Shown here: positions 1 through 10,526 of the stretch, in pieces
Layout: each line of letters opens with the position of its first letter
Numbering within the stretch: position 1 is the stretch's first letter
NCBI GenBank assembly: GCA_965200315.1
Contig: OZ241362.1
Location: 4,768,001-4,832,000 of the forward strand
DNA: 64,000 nucleotides
Direction of reading: 5' to 3'
Source of the DNA: Candidatus Latescibacterota bacterium
GTDB lineage: Bacteria > Latescibacterota > UBA2968 > UBA8231
Notes under the pieces: model-generated
Told to the model about the DNA's origin: nothing
The model's input: the letters and a program-made list of their open reading frames with translations, nothing else
Database searches by the model: none
Translations under genes and position numbers: made by a program

Positions 1-1
1 G

Positions 2-724
2 TTCATCGATGCACCCGAACTGACTAGCTATTTCGACTTCTCGCGCGACGCGGTGCTGCGCTCGATTGAAGGGAGTTTAGCGCGGCTCAAAATGGATCGC
101 CTCGATATGGTGCTGATCCACGACCCGGACGAGGGGCGGAGCATTGAGCCGGATTGGAGGCCGGGCGAGCGGGGGTACTTCGACCAAGTGATGGCCGAAA
201 CGTATCCCGCGCTCGACGAGTTGCGCCAGCAAAAGGTAGTCAAGGCGATTGGCCTAGGGATGAACCAGTGGCAGATGTTAGCTGACTTCGCCCGCGCCGG
301 GGAATTCGACGCCTTTTTGTTGGCTGGCCGCTATACGCTACTGGAGCAGGAATCGCTGCGCGAGTTGTTGCCGCTGTGCTCGGAGAAGGGAGTGCGGATC
401 GTCATTGGCGGGCCGTACAATTCGGGGATTTTGGCTACCGGAGCGGTCGAAGGCGCGTATTACAACTACGCGCCCGCGTCGCAACAGGTGCTGGAAAAGG
501 TGCGCCGCATCGAAGCGGTCTGCGCCCGGCACGAGGTGCCCTTGTCGGCTGCGGCGCTGCAATTCCCCTTTGGACATCCGGCGGTGGCAACCGTCATTCC
601 CGGGGCGCGGACCGTGTCAGAAGTTGCCGCCAATGTGGATTGCCTAGCGCACGCGATTCCCGCCGACTATTGGGCCGAGCTCAAAGAGGAAGGGTTGATC
701 GACGCGGCGGCACCGACTCCTTAG
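2..724 (+). CDS. Aldo/keto reductase (D-threo-aldose dehydrogenase-like), 5' end outside window
   Basis: Frame open from base 2 (FIDAPELTSYFDFSRDAVLRSIEGSLARL); IHDPD, LLAGRYTLLEQ, GGPYNSGILA motifs. Confidence 0.88.
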   Translation, partial: FIDAPELTSYFDFSRDAVLRSIEGSLARLKMDRLDMVLIHDPDEGRSIEPDWRPGERGYFDQVMAETYPALDELRQQKVVKAIGLGMNQWQMLADFARAGEFDAFLLAGRYTLLEQESLRELLPLCSEKGVRIVIGGPYNSGILATGAVEGAYYNYAPASQQVLEKVRRIEAVCARHEVPLSAAALQFPFGHPAVATVIPGARTVSEVAANVDCLAHAIPADYWAELKEEGLIDAAAPTP

Positions 725-820
725 AGCCGCAGATGGCTGCCTCTCGCATCGTTCAATCATATAGGAGCCGCTACAATCCCCTTTTAGCCCAATCCCCATG
801 CACGCCAAGGAGTAATCACT

Positions 821-3304
821 ATGTCTAAGTGGCCGATGCTCAAGCACTACGATCGGGATCATCTCGCCAGCATTGCCATGCCCATTGGCGGCATAGGCAC
901 GGGCACAGTTTCACTCGGAGGGCGCGGGGATTTGCGCGACTGGGAGTTGATGAACCGCCCGGCCAAGGGGTTTATCCCAAAGCGCGAAGGGAGCCGAGAA
1001 GGTGGCCCATTTTTTGCCCTGTACGCCAAACCCGCTGGTGGCCCCTCCGTTACCCGCGCGCTCGAAGGGCCGGTAGATGTATCCGAATACCAAGGTTCGA
1101 GCGGCAGTGTGGCGGCCAATCACGGCTTGCCGCGCTTTGCACAATGTGAGTTTGCCGCGGCCTATCCACTTGCACAGGTCCAGCTGTCCGATCCACGAGT
1201 TCCGGTCGCGGTTTGTCTCGAAGCGTTTAACCCGCTTATTCCCGCCAACGCCGATGACAGCGGCATCCCCATCGCGGTGCTGCGCTATGCGCTGACCAAT
1301 CGGACCAACAAGCGCGTCACGGCCTCGGTGTGCGGCTCGCTGCCCAATTTCATTGGCAACGATGGCGTGGAAGAGCTGGCCCGGGCCAATCGCAATCGCT
1401 TTCGCAAAGCAACGCACTGTCAGGGCATTTTCATGGACAGCAAGGGGGTTGATCCCACTGCCATCAGTTATGGCACGATGGCCCTGACCACCCCGGCCAA
1501 AACGGGTATTACCTATCGCACGGCCTGGAAAAAAGCCGGGTGGGGCACGTCGCTGCTCGACTTTTGGGACGACTTTGCCGCCGATGGCCGGGTGGAAAAG
1601 CGCTCCGGTGAAGAGGTTGGCATGCCGAGTGCCTCGCTCGTAGTGCGCACCAACATTTTGCCCAAGCAACACAAGACCATCACCTTTTTGCTGACTTGGC
1701 ACTTTCCCAATCGGCACACGTGGTCGCCGGGCGACGATCCCTACATTGGCAACTACTATGCGACTCACTATGGAGATGCGTGGGATGTGGCCTGCAAAAC
1801 CGCGCCGAGGCTCAAAAAGCTCGAACAACAGACCGTGCGCTTTGTCCAAGCCTTCACAGCAAGCGACCTGCCCGAGGTAGTAAAGGAAGCCGCCCTTTTT
1901 AATCTCAGCACCCTGCGGACCCAAACGTGCTTCCGCACCCCCGATGGACGTTTATTTGGCTGGGAGGGATACAACGATCACAGTGGCTGCTGCATGGGCT
2001 CTTGTACGCATGTGTGGAATTACGAACAAAGTACGGCGTTCCTCTTTGGCGATCTAGCCCGCACGATGCGCGATACCGAATTCAATTGCGCCACCGACGA
2101 CCATGGCATGATGAACTTTCGCGTCCATCTGCCGCTAAGTCGCGCTCAAGAATTTGGCAAAGCCGCGGCCGATGGTCAGATGGGCTGTATTATGAAGGCC
2201 TATCGCGACTGGCAGCTTTGCGGCGACGATGCCTTCCTACAATCGATTTGGCCAAAGGTCAAAAAGGCCCTTGAGTTTTGCTGGATCGAAGGGGGGTGGG
2301 ACGGCGATGGCGACGGCGTTATGGAGGGCTGTCAGCACAATACCATGGATGTTGAGTACTACGGCCCTAATCCACAAATGGGGATCTGGTATCTGGGTGC
2401 TCTGCGCGCCGGCGAGGAAATGGCAGCTCATCTGGGCGAATCCGACTTGGCGCAAACCTGCCGGCGGCTCTACGAGGGGGGCCGCGCCTACATCGACGAG
2501 CAGTTGTTCAACGGCGAATACTATGAACATCGCATTGAGCCACCCAAAAAAGTGGCCGCATCGCTGCGGCTGGGCATGGGCGCGGCCGAACTCTCCGATC
2601 CCGATTACCAACTCGGCCGCGGTTGTCTGGTCGATCAGCTCGTTGGCCAGTTTTTCGCCCACGTCTGCGGCTTGGGCTATCTGACCAAACGCGCCCATGT
2701 GCGCCAAACCCTCAGGAGCATCCGCAAATACAACCACCGCCAGAAGCTGACGGATCACTTCAACTGCATGCGCTCTTATGCCTTGGGCGATGAGTCGGCC
2801 TTGCTCATGGCGAGCTATCCCCACGAGCGGCCCGACAACCCGTTTCCCTATTTCACGGAAGTGATGACCGGGTTTGAATACACGGCGGCCATTGGCATGC
2901 TCTACGAGGGGCAGCTCAAAAACGGTCTGCAAACCATGCGCGACATTCGCAATCGCTACGACGGGGCCAAACGCAGCCCCTTTGACGAAGCCGAATGCGG
3001 CCATCACTACGCCCGGGCCATGGTTGCTTGGGCCGGGGTGCTGGCGCTGACGGGGTTTAATTATTCGGGGGTTACAAAGTCCATCGCCTTTGCCGCAGAG
3101 CAAGGGACCTTTTTCTGGTCAAATGGCACTGCTTGGGGCACGGTGCGCATTGCCCAACGCCCGTCGGGCTACCGCATTGTCTTGGATGTTTTGTATGGGC
3201 AGATCAAAATTAAGCGCTTTCGGCTGACCGGCGTGGGAGAGCACACCTTTGACCGGCAGCTCGTGCTGCGCGAGAATAGCCAACGGACCTTTGTCTTGAG
3301 ATGA
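821..3304 (+). CDS. GH116 family glycoside hydrolase (non-lysosomal glucosylceramidase-like)
   Basis: PIGGIGTG N-terminal motif, GSCTHVWNY, QHNTMDVE, EAECGHHYARAM; RBS AAGGAG. Confidence 0.9.
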   Translation: MSKWPMLKHYDRDHLASIAMPIGGIGTGTVSLGGRGDLRDWELMNRPAKGFIPKREGSREGGPFFALYAKPAGGPSVTRALEGPVDVSEYQGSSGSVAANHGLPRFAQCEFAAAYPLAQVQLSDPRVPVAVCLEAFNPLIPANADDSGIPIAVLRYALTNRTNKRVTASVCGSLPNFIGNDGVEELARANRNRFRKATHCQGIFMDSKGVDPTAISYGTMALTTPAKTGITYRTAWKKAGWGTSLLDFWDDFAADGRVEKRSGEEVGMPSASLVVRTNILPKQHKTITFLLTWHFPNRHTWSPGDDPYIGNYYATHYGDAWDVACKTAPRLKKLEQQTVRFVQAFTASDLPEVVKEAALFNLSTLRTQTCFRTPDGRLFGWEGYNDHSGCCMGSCTHVWNYEQSTAFLFGDLARTMRDTEFNCATDDHGMMNFRVHLPLSRAQEFGKAAADGQMGCIMKAYRDWQLCGDDAFLQSIWPKVKKALEFCWIEGGWDGDGDGVMEGCQHNTMDVEYYGPNPQMGIWYLGALRAGEEMAAHLGESDLAQTCRRLYEGGRAYIDEQLFNGEYYEHRIEPPKKVAASLRLGMGAAELSDPDYQLGRGCLVDQLVGQFFAHVCGLGYLTKRAHVRQTLRSIRKYNHRQKLTDHFNCMRSYALGDESALLMASYPHERPDNPFPYFTEVMTGFEYTAAIGMLYEGQLKNGLQTMRDIRNRYDGAKRSPFDEAECGHHYARAMVAWAGVLALTGFNYSGVTKSIAFAAEQGTFFWSNGTAWGTVRIAQRPSGYRIVLDVLYGQIKIKRFRLTGVGEHTFDRQLVLRENSQRTFVLR

Positions 3305-3329
3305 TCATATCGAACAAGGAGCATACAAC

Positions 3330-4085
3330 ATGACGCGCTATACCCGCATTGGCCTGACCGGGGCTAACGGCACCATCGGCCGCGTACTGCTGGCCGGCTT
3401 GGGTGCTGAGTACGAGTTCAAGGCGTTCACGCGCCGCCCGGTCGATTTCCCTTCCACTATAGTCAATTTTGACCGCGCTTCAGAGGTCGAAGGGGCCTTT
3501 GAGGGCTTGGAGGCCGTCATTCATCTGGCGGCCGATCCCAGTCCAATGGCCCCTTGGGAGCGCGTACGGGATCACAACCTCGAAGGCATGTACCAGGTGC
3601 TGGAAGCGTGCCGCCGATCTGGGGTCAGACGCTTGGTCTTTGCTTCGACCAATCACACCCAACACGGCAATACTATTTTGACCACTCCTGAGACCTTGGA
3701 TTCGTCCAAGCGCATCCGCATGCGTTTGGACGAGCCGCCTAATCCCGACTCCATGTACGCGGTTTCCAAGCTCTTTGGCGAAAACATGGGCAAGCTGTAC
3801 AGTCAGCGATACGGCCTCGAATTCGTCGGTCTGCGCATCGGCTGGATCATTGCTGAAGACGATCCGACCACCATGCGCGGCACCCCGGCCGAGGGCTATA
3901 TGCGAGCCATGTTCCTCAGCCACCGCGATTGTATTGCAGCTCATCGCCGGGCCCTAGAAGTGGACACCCAGTACCTGCTGGCCTATGTGGTTAGTGGCAA
4001 TGGGCGGCGCGTTTTTGATCTAGAGGCGACCGGGCAGGGCCTCGGTTATGTACCGCAAGACGACGCCGAGGATTACTTTCGCTGA
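3330..4085 (+). CDS. NAD-dependent epimerase/dehydratase (uronate dehydrogenase-like SDR)
   Basis: TGANGTIG Rossmann motif, YAVSK (YxxxK), LRIGW; RBS AAGGAG. Confidence 0.88.
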   Translation: MTRYTRIGLTGANGTIGRVLLAGLGAEYEFKAFTRRPVDFPSTIVNFDRASEVEGAFEGLEAVIHLAADPSPMAPWERVRDHNLEGMYQVLEACRRSGVRRLVFASTNHTQHGNTILTTPETLDSSKRIRMRLDEPPNPDSMYAVSKLFGENMGKLYSQRYGLEFVGLRIGWIIAEDDPTTMRGTPAEGYMRAMFLSHRDCIAAHRRALEVDTQYLLAYVVSGNGRRVFDLEATGQGLGYVPQDDAEDYFR

Positions 4086-4169
4086 GTGGAGGGTCAGGAC
4101 TAGGCAAGTGCACAATGCGACGTTGGCCGCGGGCCGCGCCATCCCGAATGGTTTAACATGGTCTAATGA

Positions 4170-4797
4170 GCGAAGCTTATTACATGGGTATCCTTCGGCA
4201 GGGCGGAGGAAAAGCCCTGATCCCTGGAACCGCGAGCACTTTAGCAAGGCGTTCAAATACCGTAAGGGGGCGCACAGCGCGGCGGCCAAGCCACTTGCCC
4301 CGACGACGATGTTGTTGCTGTGGGGCAGAGTGGGGGCGAGCGGCGAACTCGTCCTTGAGCCGGCGTTTGTGGTCAACGCCCCGCCGGTGCTGCCGCAGAC
4401 GAGCGGTCCTTATTGGCTCATAGGTAAAGATGCCGACGGCAGCGAATTATTCGCTCTTAGCTTCGATATGGCCGCGAGCGCTGATGGGGACGGCGGCGCG
4501 GCCTTTGCTTTTGCCCTCCCAGTACAGCCGGAGTGGGCCGACGAGCTGGAGCGCATCACGCTTTCTGGTCCTAAAAGGGCGGTGACCATGGATGGCGACG
4601 GGCCTCGGTCCGTCGCCATCCTACAAGATTCCTCTACTGGGCGTGTACTAGGTATCCTGCGAGACTTAGACCCGAGGGGGCCTTTGCCGGCCGCACGGAA
4701 GGCGTTGCCGGAATCGGGTCTTGTCACCGTAAGCCGCGGCATCCCCACCCCAAGCTCGTGGATCGTTCTCTTGCCCGCCGAGGCTCCGACGCCTTGA
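4170..4797 (+). pseudogene. C-terminal remnant of a large secreted (M66-metalloprotease-associated type) protein
   Basis: LLLWG...LEPAFVVNAPP...ELFALSF...FAFALP...ITLSGP resembles, from memory, the C-terminal domain of such proteins; no credible start, signal peptide or HExxH; 5' limit approximate. Confidence 0.45.
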
Positions 4798-4946
4798 GCA
4801 GTATAGCTATCGGACGTATTTTAAGATGATGCCCAGCTCCTCGAGCTTGGCAAGTACCTCATCTCACCCCTCGGCCTCTAAGTTTGCTGTTTGCTGGATA
4901 ATTTTCTAGTCAAACTTGCTTGGGGACTTTATCAGAAAGGCATAGA

Positions 4947-5915
4947 ATGACCCCTTCCCCCCGCATCGCCAACTCGTGCCTAAGGATTCTGGACCAGAAA
5001 CTCATCCGGCACCTAACCCCCTTGCTCATCGTTGCCCTTAGTGCCCTGATGCCGCAGATGGCAGCGGCAGGTGCTTGGACGCTTGGAAAGGGCAACGTAT
5101 GGAGCAAAATCACCTACCTGTCGCAATCGACCAACGAGCATTACGATAATGACGGAAATGTTGGTGAAATTCCCGCTCGCTATAAGTCCCAGCAGGTCTA
5201 TCTCGACGTTTACTACGGTTTGAATGACCGGATCGACGTCGGCATACAGCTCCCGTATATCAGCAACGAGTTTGTAGATGTTAGCCCGGATCATCCTTTC
5301 TATGGAGCACCCGATAAAAAGGACTCGGGCTTGGGCGATATACGCGGATTCGCCAAAATCAACCTCGTCAATAGTGCCGACCTAGTGGGTACGCTGAAGT
5401 TGGGTCTCAAAGCTCCCATGGGCGAATACCGGGAAGTGCCCGAGGCCCTTTCTATAACCGGAGGTCAATGGGATTTCGACGTTGTCGCACAGCTTGGCCG
5501 GTCTTTTTACCCCGCGCCGGTGTATGCCAACGTCGATTTGGGGTATCGCCTGCGCGGAGAATACAAGGATTCCAACCCCGACGACGCCGGCGGCGTCGAC
5601 CGCACCTACACCCCGGGCGGAGAGTTCGTTTTTAATGCCGAGGCAGGCTATAACCCTATGGACAAGTTCCTCCTCGCCCTCAAGTACGAACGCATTGCAG
5701 GCGCGGAGTACGACACCATAAATAACCCCCCAGCAGGCAGTCAGGAAGAAACGCTTAACCAAAGCGTCTCCTACTTGGCTCCGACGGTCTTGGTCAACCT
5801 CCATCCCAGCCTGAGCGTCGAAGCCTCGGCGCGCACGGCGGTCAGCGGCAGCAGGTATTTCGCCGGCCAGATCTATACGGTGGGGGTTTCTTACAGCGGC
5901 AGTCTGATGCCGTAG
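4947..5915 (+). CDS. Putative outer-membrane beta-barrel protein (transporter/phenol-degradation-MetA-like)
   Basis: Signal peptide ending AAAGAWT, SGLGDI motif, amphipathic strands, terminal YTVGVSY; RBS GAAAGG. Confidence 0.65.
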   Translation: MTPSPRIANSCLRILDQKLIRHLTPLLIVALSALMPQMAAAGAWTLGKGNVWSKITYLSQSTNEHYDNDGNVGEIPARYKSQQVYLDVYYGLNDRIDVGIQLPYISNEFVDVSPDHPFYGAPDKKDSGLGDIRGFAKINLVNSADLVGTLKLGLKAPMGEYREVPEALSITGGQWDFDVVAQLGRSFYPAPVYANVDLGYRLRGEYKDSNPDDAGGVDRTYTPGGEFVFNAEAGYNPMDKFLLALKYERIAGAEYDTINNPPAGSQEETLNQSVSYLAPTVLVNLHPSLSVEASARTAVSGSRYFAGQIYTVGVSYSGSLMP

Positions 5916-5940
5916 CGCGAGTAGAAAGGCCGCGCCGTTT

Positions 5941-5970
5941 TCTGGTTCCCGCTTGCGCGGGCATGACGGC
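5941..5970. repeat. REP-like palindrome (GTCATnCCCGCG family)
   Basis: TCTGGTTCCCGCTTGCGCGGGCATGACGG downstream of a stop; related unit at 22225-22320. Confidence 0.55.
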
Positions 5971-5984
5971 GTGATGTAGTAATC

Positions 5985-6022
5985 ACAGGGGAAGGGGCTT
6001 TGGGGTCCTTTCCCCTGTTTTT
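5985..6022 (+). terminator. Intrinsic terminator
   Basis: ACAGGGGAAGGGG...CCTTTCCCCTGT stem followed by T-run. Confidence 0.65.
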
Positions 6023-6052
6023 CGTCTTTCATCTATACAAGGAGCCATCCGC

Positions 6053-6844
6053 ATGAACACACCGAACATTACCTTGGCCTCGGGCCACTCCATCCCGCAA
6101 TTGGGGCTGGGCACTTGGATGTTGCGCGGCCAGCCGTGCAAAGACGTGGTCAAAGAGGCCCTCGAACTGGGCTATACGCATTTGGATTCGGCTTGGATGT
6201 ACGAGAATCAGGACGCCATCGGCCAAGTCCTCAAGGAGGTCGGGGCGGACCGCGACAGCCTCTTCATCACCTCCAAGATTTGGCATTCGCACCTAAAGTA
6301 CGAAGCGACCTTGGAACAGATGGAGGAGATTTTGCGCGATCTGCAGACCGAATACGTCGATCTCCTGCTCATTCACCATCCTGGGCAGGGCGTGCCGGTG
6401 GAGCGCACCTTGGCTGCTTTTGAAAAAATCTACGAGGCTGGTCAGGCCAAGAGCATTGGCATCAGCAACTTCAGCATTGAGCAGACCGATCGGGCGCGGG
6501 CCGCCACCGGCTTGCCGATCTGCACCAATCAGGTGGAATACCACCTGCGCCACAACCGCGAAAGCCTGCGCCGCCATTGCCACGCCCACAACGTGGTGCT
6601 GACGGCGCACCGCCCGCTGGCCCAAGGCGAGCTGGCCGAGGACGAGGCCCTAAAACAGGTGGCCGCCGAGCACGGCAAGACCTTGGCCCAAGTGGCCCTG
6701 AAGTGGCTTGTGCAAAAGGATATGATCGTCGTCCCCAAGGCCAGCTCAACGGCCCATTTGCGCGACAATCTGGATTTGTTTGGCTGGCAGCTAGGAGACG
6801 AGGAGATGGCGCGTCTCGACGAGGTGGGGAGCGATCCCAACTAG
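6053..6844 (+). CDS. Aldo/keto reductase (AKR5/2,5-DKG reductase-like)
   Basis: GLGTW, DSAWMYENQ, FITSKIW, IGISNF, NQVEYH, VPKAS; RBS AAGGAG. Confidence 0.92.
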   Translation: MNTPNITLASGHSIPQLGLGTWMLRGQPCKDVVKEALELGYTHLDSAWMYENQDAIGQVLKEVGADRDSLFITSKIWHSHLKYEATLEQMEEILRDLQTEYVDLLLIHHPGQGVPVERTLAAFEKIYEAGQAKSIGISNFSIEQTDRARAATGLPICTNQVEYHLRHNRESLRRHCHAHNVVLTAHRPLAQGELAEDEALKQVAAEHGKTLAQVALKWLVQKDMIVVPKASSTAHLRDNLDLFGWQLGDEEMARLDEVGSDPN

Positions 6845-6859
6845 GTCGCTGCGGTTGGT

Positions 6860-8782
6860 TCAGTAATAGTAAAACGCATAGACCAGCGCTGCCCCGCCAA
6901 CGCCGACGCAGGTGCCCAAGATCAGGCCGATGAAGAAGGGCAGCAAGGTGCGGTAGAGCCGGATGCCGCCGTAGCGCAGGGCTAGGAGTTTGATCAGCCA
7001 AGCCAAGAAAATTCCGAACCAGTCGATAGAAACGGTGTTGGTCAGGGCGATGCCCAGCCCCACCGGGTGCAGAGGCCAGCCGGCGAAGCGGTACTGGGCC
7101 AGCGCGAGCAGCCCAGCGAGGCCAGCGCCGATGGCGAGGAACACGGCTACTAGCGGCTCGGCCGGATTGGGGTTGTTGATCGAATTGGCGACCCAAGACC
7201 AGTGGTATTGTGGTGAGCTGACGAAGTACCAGCCGTAGCCGTGGAGCAGTCCGTGGCGGTATCCCAGCCATATATAGCAGACCATGGTGGTTATGAGGCC
7301 GGCGATCATGGCCGCGGACAAAAAGAGTACCAGCTTGCGCCCGCTGATCTTGAGCCGAGCGGGTTCGCAGACCTTGAAGGCGTGGGCGAGGGTGCCCATC
7401 AAAAAGAGCTGCAGGTCGGCCGTCCAGACCATGCTCAGCCCCATCGCGCTCAGCCCTTGGGCCCCAAAAGGGGCGGTGCCCACGAGATTGGTCAAAATCG
7501 GCGGCACGGAGGCCGGAGCGCGCAGACGGCCGATCCCGGTCTGGGCCAACAGGCGGGCAATGCCAAAGAAGATCACCAGCGCGACCAGCAAAAAGACGAT
7601 GCTCCAGACCAAACTCAAGCCGCTGGCCCAAAGGAAGCCAGTCATGTACGTCAGCCCGACCAGTCCGAGCAGAGCGGCGACACGCGGCGAAATCGGGCTG
7701 TCGCGGCTTGGGGCACCGCCGATGATCAGCCGCCACTGGCGACGCAGGAAGTCGCGCGACATCCACAGCGAAATCCCGACGATGCACACAAGCGAGCCAA
7801 TTTGCTGATGGGCTAGCAGCACGTTGGGTGGTGAGTGGGGCTGGGCCGGTAGCGATAGGGCAACGCCTAGCCAGTTGAGCAGTGCGCCTTCGGCGGCGAT
7901 GAGTATGTGAAAAAACCAGACGCTGAACAGCACGTTGAGGCCGACCAGATAGCTCAAGCCCACGACCAGCAGGTCGGTGTTAAGCCCGTAACTAAGCCCG
8001 AACTGACGAATCTCAATGCGACCGCCGGGAATGCCGAAGCCGTGGATGATCTCGATATCTAACACTCGGTCGAGCATGTTGACGGTTGGCAATGCCCAAG
8101 CGATGAGAAACCCCAGCCACAATAGCTTGCTTTTGAGAACGGACGCGGTGGGGTTTTCCAAGCTCTCGAGGAGCATGTTGGGGACGGCGGCAAGGGGATA
8201 CACCAAGCGCTCTTGGCGCGACCACTGGTGATGGACGAGGCTGATTAGGGCGATGCTGACCAAGAAGAAGGCCAGCATGAAGAGGTCCCACCACACGAGC
8301 GGCCCGGCCCACAAGCCCCAAGGCACGGGTGCGGCGGCCTCAGTGCCTTCAAAAAGCTGGCGGATCGCTTCGAGGTCGCGGGGGACGGCCCAGTGGGGGA
8401 TGTGCGGCCAGAGCAGGTCGGACCAGTTGTTTTCTGGGGTGGCGTAGTAAAAGACACCGGCAATGAGCGGGATGAAATAGCCGCCAAAGCCCATGGAAGG
8501 CAGCACCACGGCGACCATGAGCGCGGCATAGACCAAGGCGAAATTGGCTGGCGAGAGGCGCAAGAGCGGGTGGAGCAGGCGCAGCGCGAGGGCGACGACC
8601 ACGAGCCAGAAAATTAGGAAGATGACGCCGACGGTGTTGAAGTGATCGGTCAGCCCAGTGTAGCTTCCATAGAGAACGTAGGTCCGCACACTGGTAAAGG
8701 TCATGCAGACGGTAAAGACTAGGACGAGGCCGAAGGAGAAGCAGGTGCCGAGGAAGGAAGTGGTTGTAGGGAGACGGGGCAT
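6860..8782 (-). CDS. DUF6785/DUF6784-type polytopic membrane protein (putative transporter)
   Basis: Many TM helices; YYATPENNW, QWSRQERLVYPL, WPLHPVG, LRYGG..LY...PFFIGL. Confidence 0.75.
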   Translation of the reverse strand: MPRLPTTTSFLGTCFSFGLVLVFTVCMTFTSVRTYVLYGSYTGLTDHFNTVGVIFLIFWLVVVALALRLLHPLLRLSPANFALVYAALMVAVVLPSMGFGGYFIPLIAGVFYYATPENNWSDLLWPHIPHWAVPRDLEAIRQLFEGTEAAAPVPWGLWAGPLVWWDLFMLAFFLVSIALISLVHHQWSRQERLVYPLAAVPNMLLESLENPTASVLKSKLLWLGFLIAWALPTVNMLDRVLDIEIIHGFGIPGGRIEIRQFGLSYGLNTDLLVVGLSYLVGLNVLFSVWFFHILIAAEGALLNWLGVALSLPAQPHSPPNVLLAHQQIGSLVCIVGISLWMSRDFLRRQWRLIIGGAPSRDSPISPRVAALLGLVGLTYMTGFLWASGLSLVWSIVFLLVALVIFFGIARLLAQTGIGRLRAPASVPPILTNLVGTAPFGAQGLSAMGLSMVWTADLQLFLMGTLAHAFKVCEPARLKISGRKLVLFLSAAMIAGLITTMVCYIWLGYRHGLLHGYGWYFVSSPQYHWSWVANSINNPNPAEPLVAVFLAIGAGLAGLLALAQYRFAGWPLHPVGLGIALTNTVSIDWFGIFLAWLIKLLALRYGGIRLYRTLLPFFIGLILGTCVGVGGAALVYAFYYY

Positions 8783-9119
8783 GGACGAATTGCGAGTTAA
8801 AATAAAAAAATGAGCTTCTTTATATCTTTAATTAAGAGAATAAATGAGGGGAGCGTAGGCAATGATGCACAGATACAGCATCTCGCCCCGCACTTGGCAA
8901 GCCTTAACACGGGCACAAAAAACGCTTGACTTGGAGGGATTCCCTATATGCAATTATCTAAATATACAGAAGTTATCCTAATACATAGCTGATTGTCGAG
9001 GCATTAGAGGCTTATAAACTCCTGATTCAAGACGCGCTCGATTTCTTAACGATTGTTGAGGCATGTCCAGCAAAGCCGTTATGAAACTGTATCGACTCCT
9101 TCACCCATAAGCAAAAGCC

Positions 9120-10526
9120 GTGAAGAGAAATTCTTTGCCAAGTATGTTACCTAGACCAGTCGGGCGGCAACGAGAGGTCTTGTACCTCCCAGCTGATGGC
9201 CATACAGTAGTGCTCGGTACCGCTGGGAGCGGCAAGACGACGCTCTCTATTCTCCGCGCTCTTTATTTGTCTGATCTGTCCACAGACCACGGTGGGCGGA
9301 CGCTGCTGGTGACGTTCAACCGATGTTTGGTCACCTATATGGAACATCTGGCTGGAACAATTCAGCGACCTGTGGACGTCCGAAATTATCATCGCTTTGC
9401 ATTGGGTTATCTCAACTACAGAGGCAAATTGCCACCGGAGAGCATCTGTAGCCCCGAAGAACGGTTGCGCTATATAAGGCTTGCAGTGAGCCAAGCGCGA
9501 GCCGATGGTGTCCAGAGTCCGATGCTACGACGTTCAGAGGAATTCCTCAATGAAGAGTTCCAATGGATTCAGCAGCATGGTATTGCGAGCAAGGAGGATT
9601 ATGTCGCGGCGGAACGTATAGGCCAGATGGCAACCCGAGTTACAAGAGATGAGCGCCCTTTACTATTCGATCTTTACAATCGATACTTGAATCAGCGGCA
9701 GCAAGGCGGCAAGTCGTACGACTGGGACGACCTCGCCAGTACCGTACTCCGAGAGCTTCAGTTCGACCAGAGTAAACGCCTCTATCGCCACGTAATTATT
9801 GACGAAGGCCAAGACTTCTCGCCCGAGATGCTGCGCTCACTCGCAGCAGCCATACCAGAAAACGGAAGTCTCACTTTCTTTGGTGATATTGCTCAGCAGA
9901 TATACGGGCACCGGATGTCTTGGCGAAGTGCTGGACTTACTGCGACGAATGTCTGGCTATTTAAGGAAAACTACCGCAACACCAAGCAGATTTCCCAACT
10001 CGCGCTCGCGCTCGCAGCCATGCCCAATTTTCCGGATGATCCGGACTTGGTCGAGCCAACGGCTCCGGTTGCCGACGGGCCATCTCCGGCACTTGTGCCG
10101 CTGGCAAGCGAGTCGGAAGAGCGAGAATTTGTCGTTTCGCGAGCGGCCGAATCAGCCCAGACGGGAACAGTTGCCATTTTGTTCAGGACGCGAGATCAAG
10201 AGAGGGCTTTTCTACAGCACCCCCCAAGCGAGGCGACGCGGTTCGATCGTGAACTGAAACAATGGCTAAGTGGTCCGGGGCTTTTCTATGGCACATATCA
10301 CGCAGCCAAGGGGCTGGAGTTTGATACAGTGTTCCTGCCGCTCCTGTCGGACAAATGTTGGCCCCATCCGCCCGACGTTGAACTTTTGGGGGAACAAGAA
10401 GCGGCGGCCCGAAACTCGCGCCTTCTTTACGTTGGGATCACGCGGGCCAGATCGACGCTCGTACTCACATACTCGGGGTGCAGGACGGCACTCTTACCGG
10501 AAACAACAGGGCTGTATCAAGAATGA
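9120..10526 (+). CDS. UvrD/Rep-like superfamily 1 helicase (compact)
   Basis: GTAGSGKTT, IIDEGQDF, FGDIAQQIY, ENYRNT, TYHAAKGLEFD, LYVGITRAR; alternative start ATG 9144. Confidence 0.92.
   Translation: MKRNSLPSMLPRPVGRQREVLYLPADGHTVVLGTAGSGKTTLSILRALYLSDLSTDHGGRTLLVTFNRCLVTYMEHLAGTIQRPVDVRNYHRFALGYLNYRGKLPPESICSPEERLRYIRLAVSQARADGVQSPMLRRSEEFLNEEFQWIQQHGIASKEDYVAAERIGQMATRVTRDERPLLFDLYNRYLNQRQQGGKSYDWDDLASTVLRELQFDQSKRLYRHVIIDEGQDFSPEMLRSLAAAIPENGSLTFFGDIAQQIYGHRMSWRSAGLTATNVWLFKENYRNTKQISQLALALAAMPNFPDDPDLVEPTAPVADGPSPALVPLASESEEREFVVSRAAESAQTGTVAILFRTRDQERAFLQHPPSEATRFDRELKQWLSGPGLFYGTYHAAKGLEFDTVFLPLLSDKCWPHPPDVELLGEQEAAARNSRLLYVGITRARSTLVLTYSGCRTALLPETTGLYQE

Noticed and set aside
6471-7787. 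438-aa minus-strand ORF
   Set aside because: Arg/Pro-rich alternative frame overlapping two well-supported genes.
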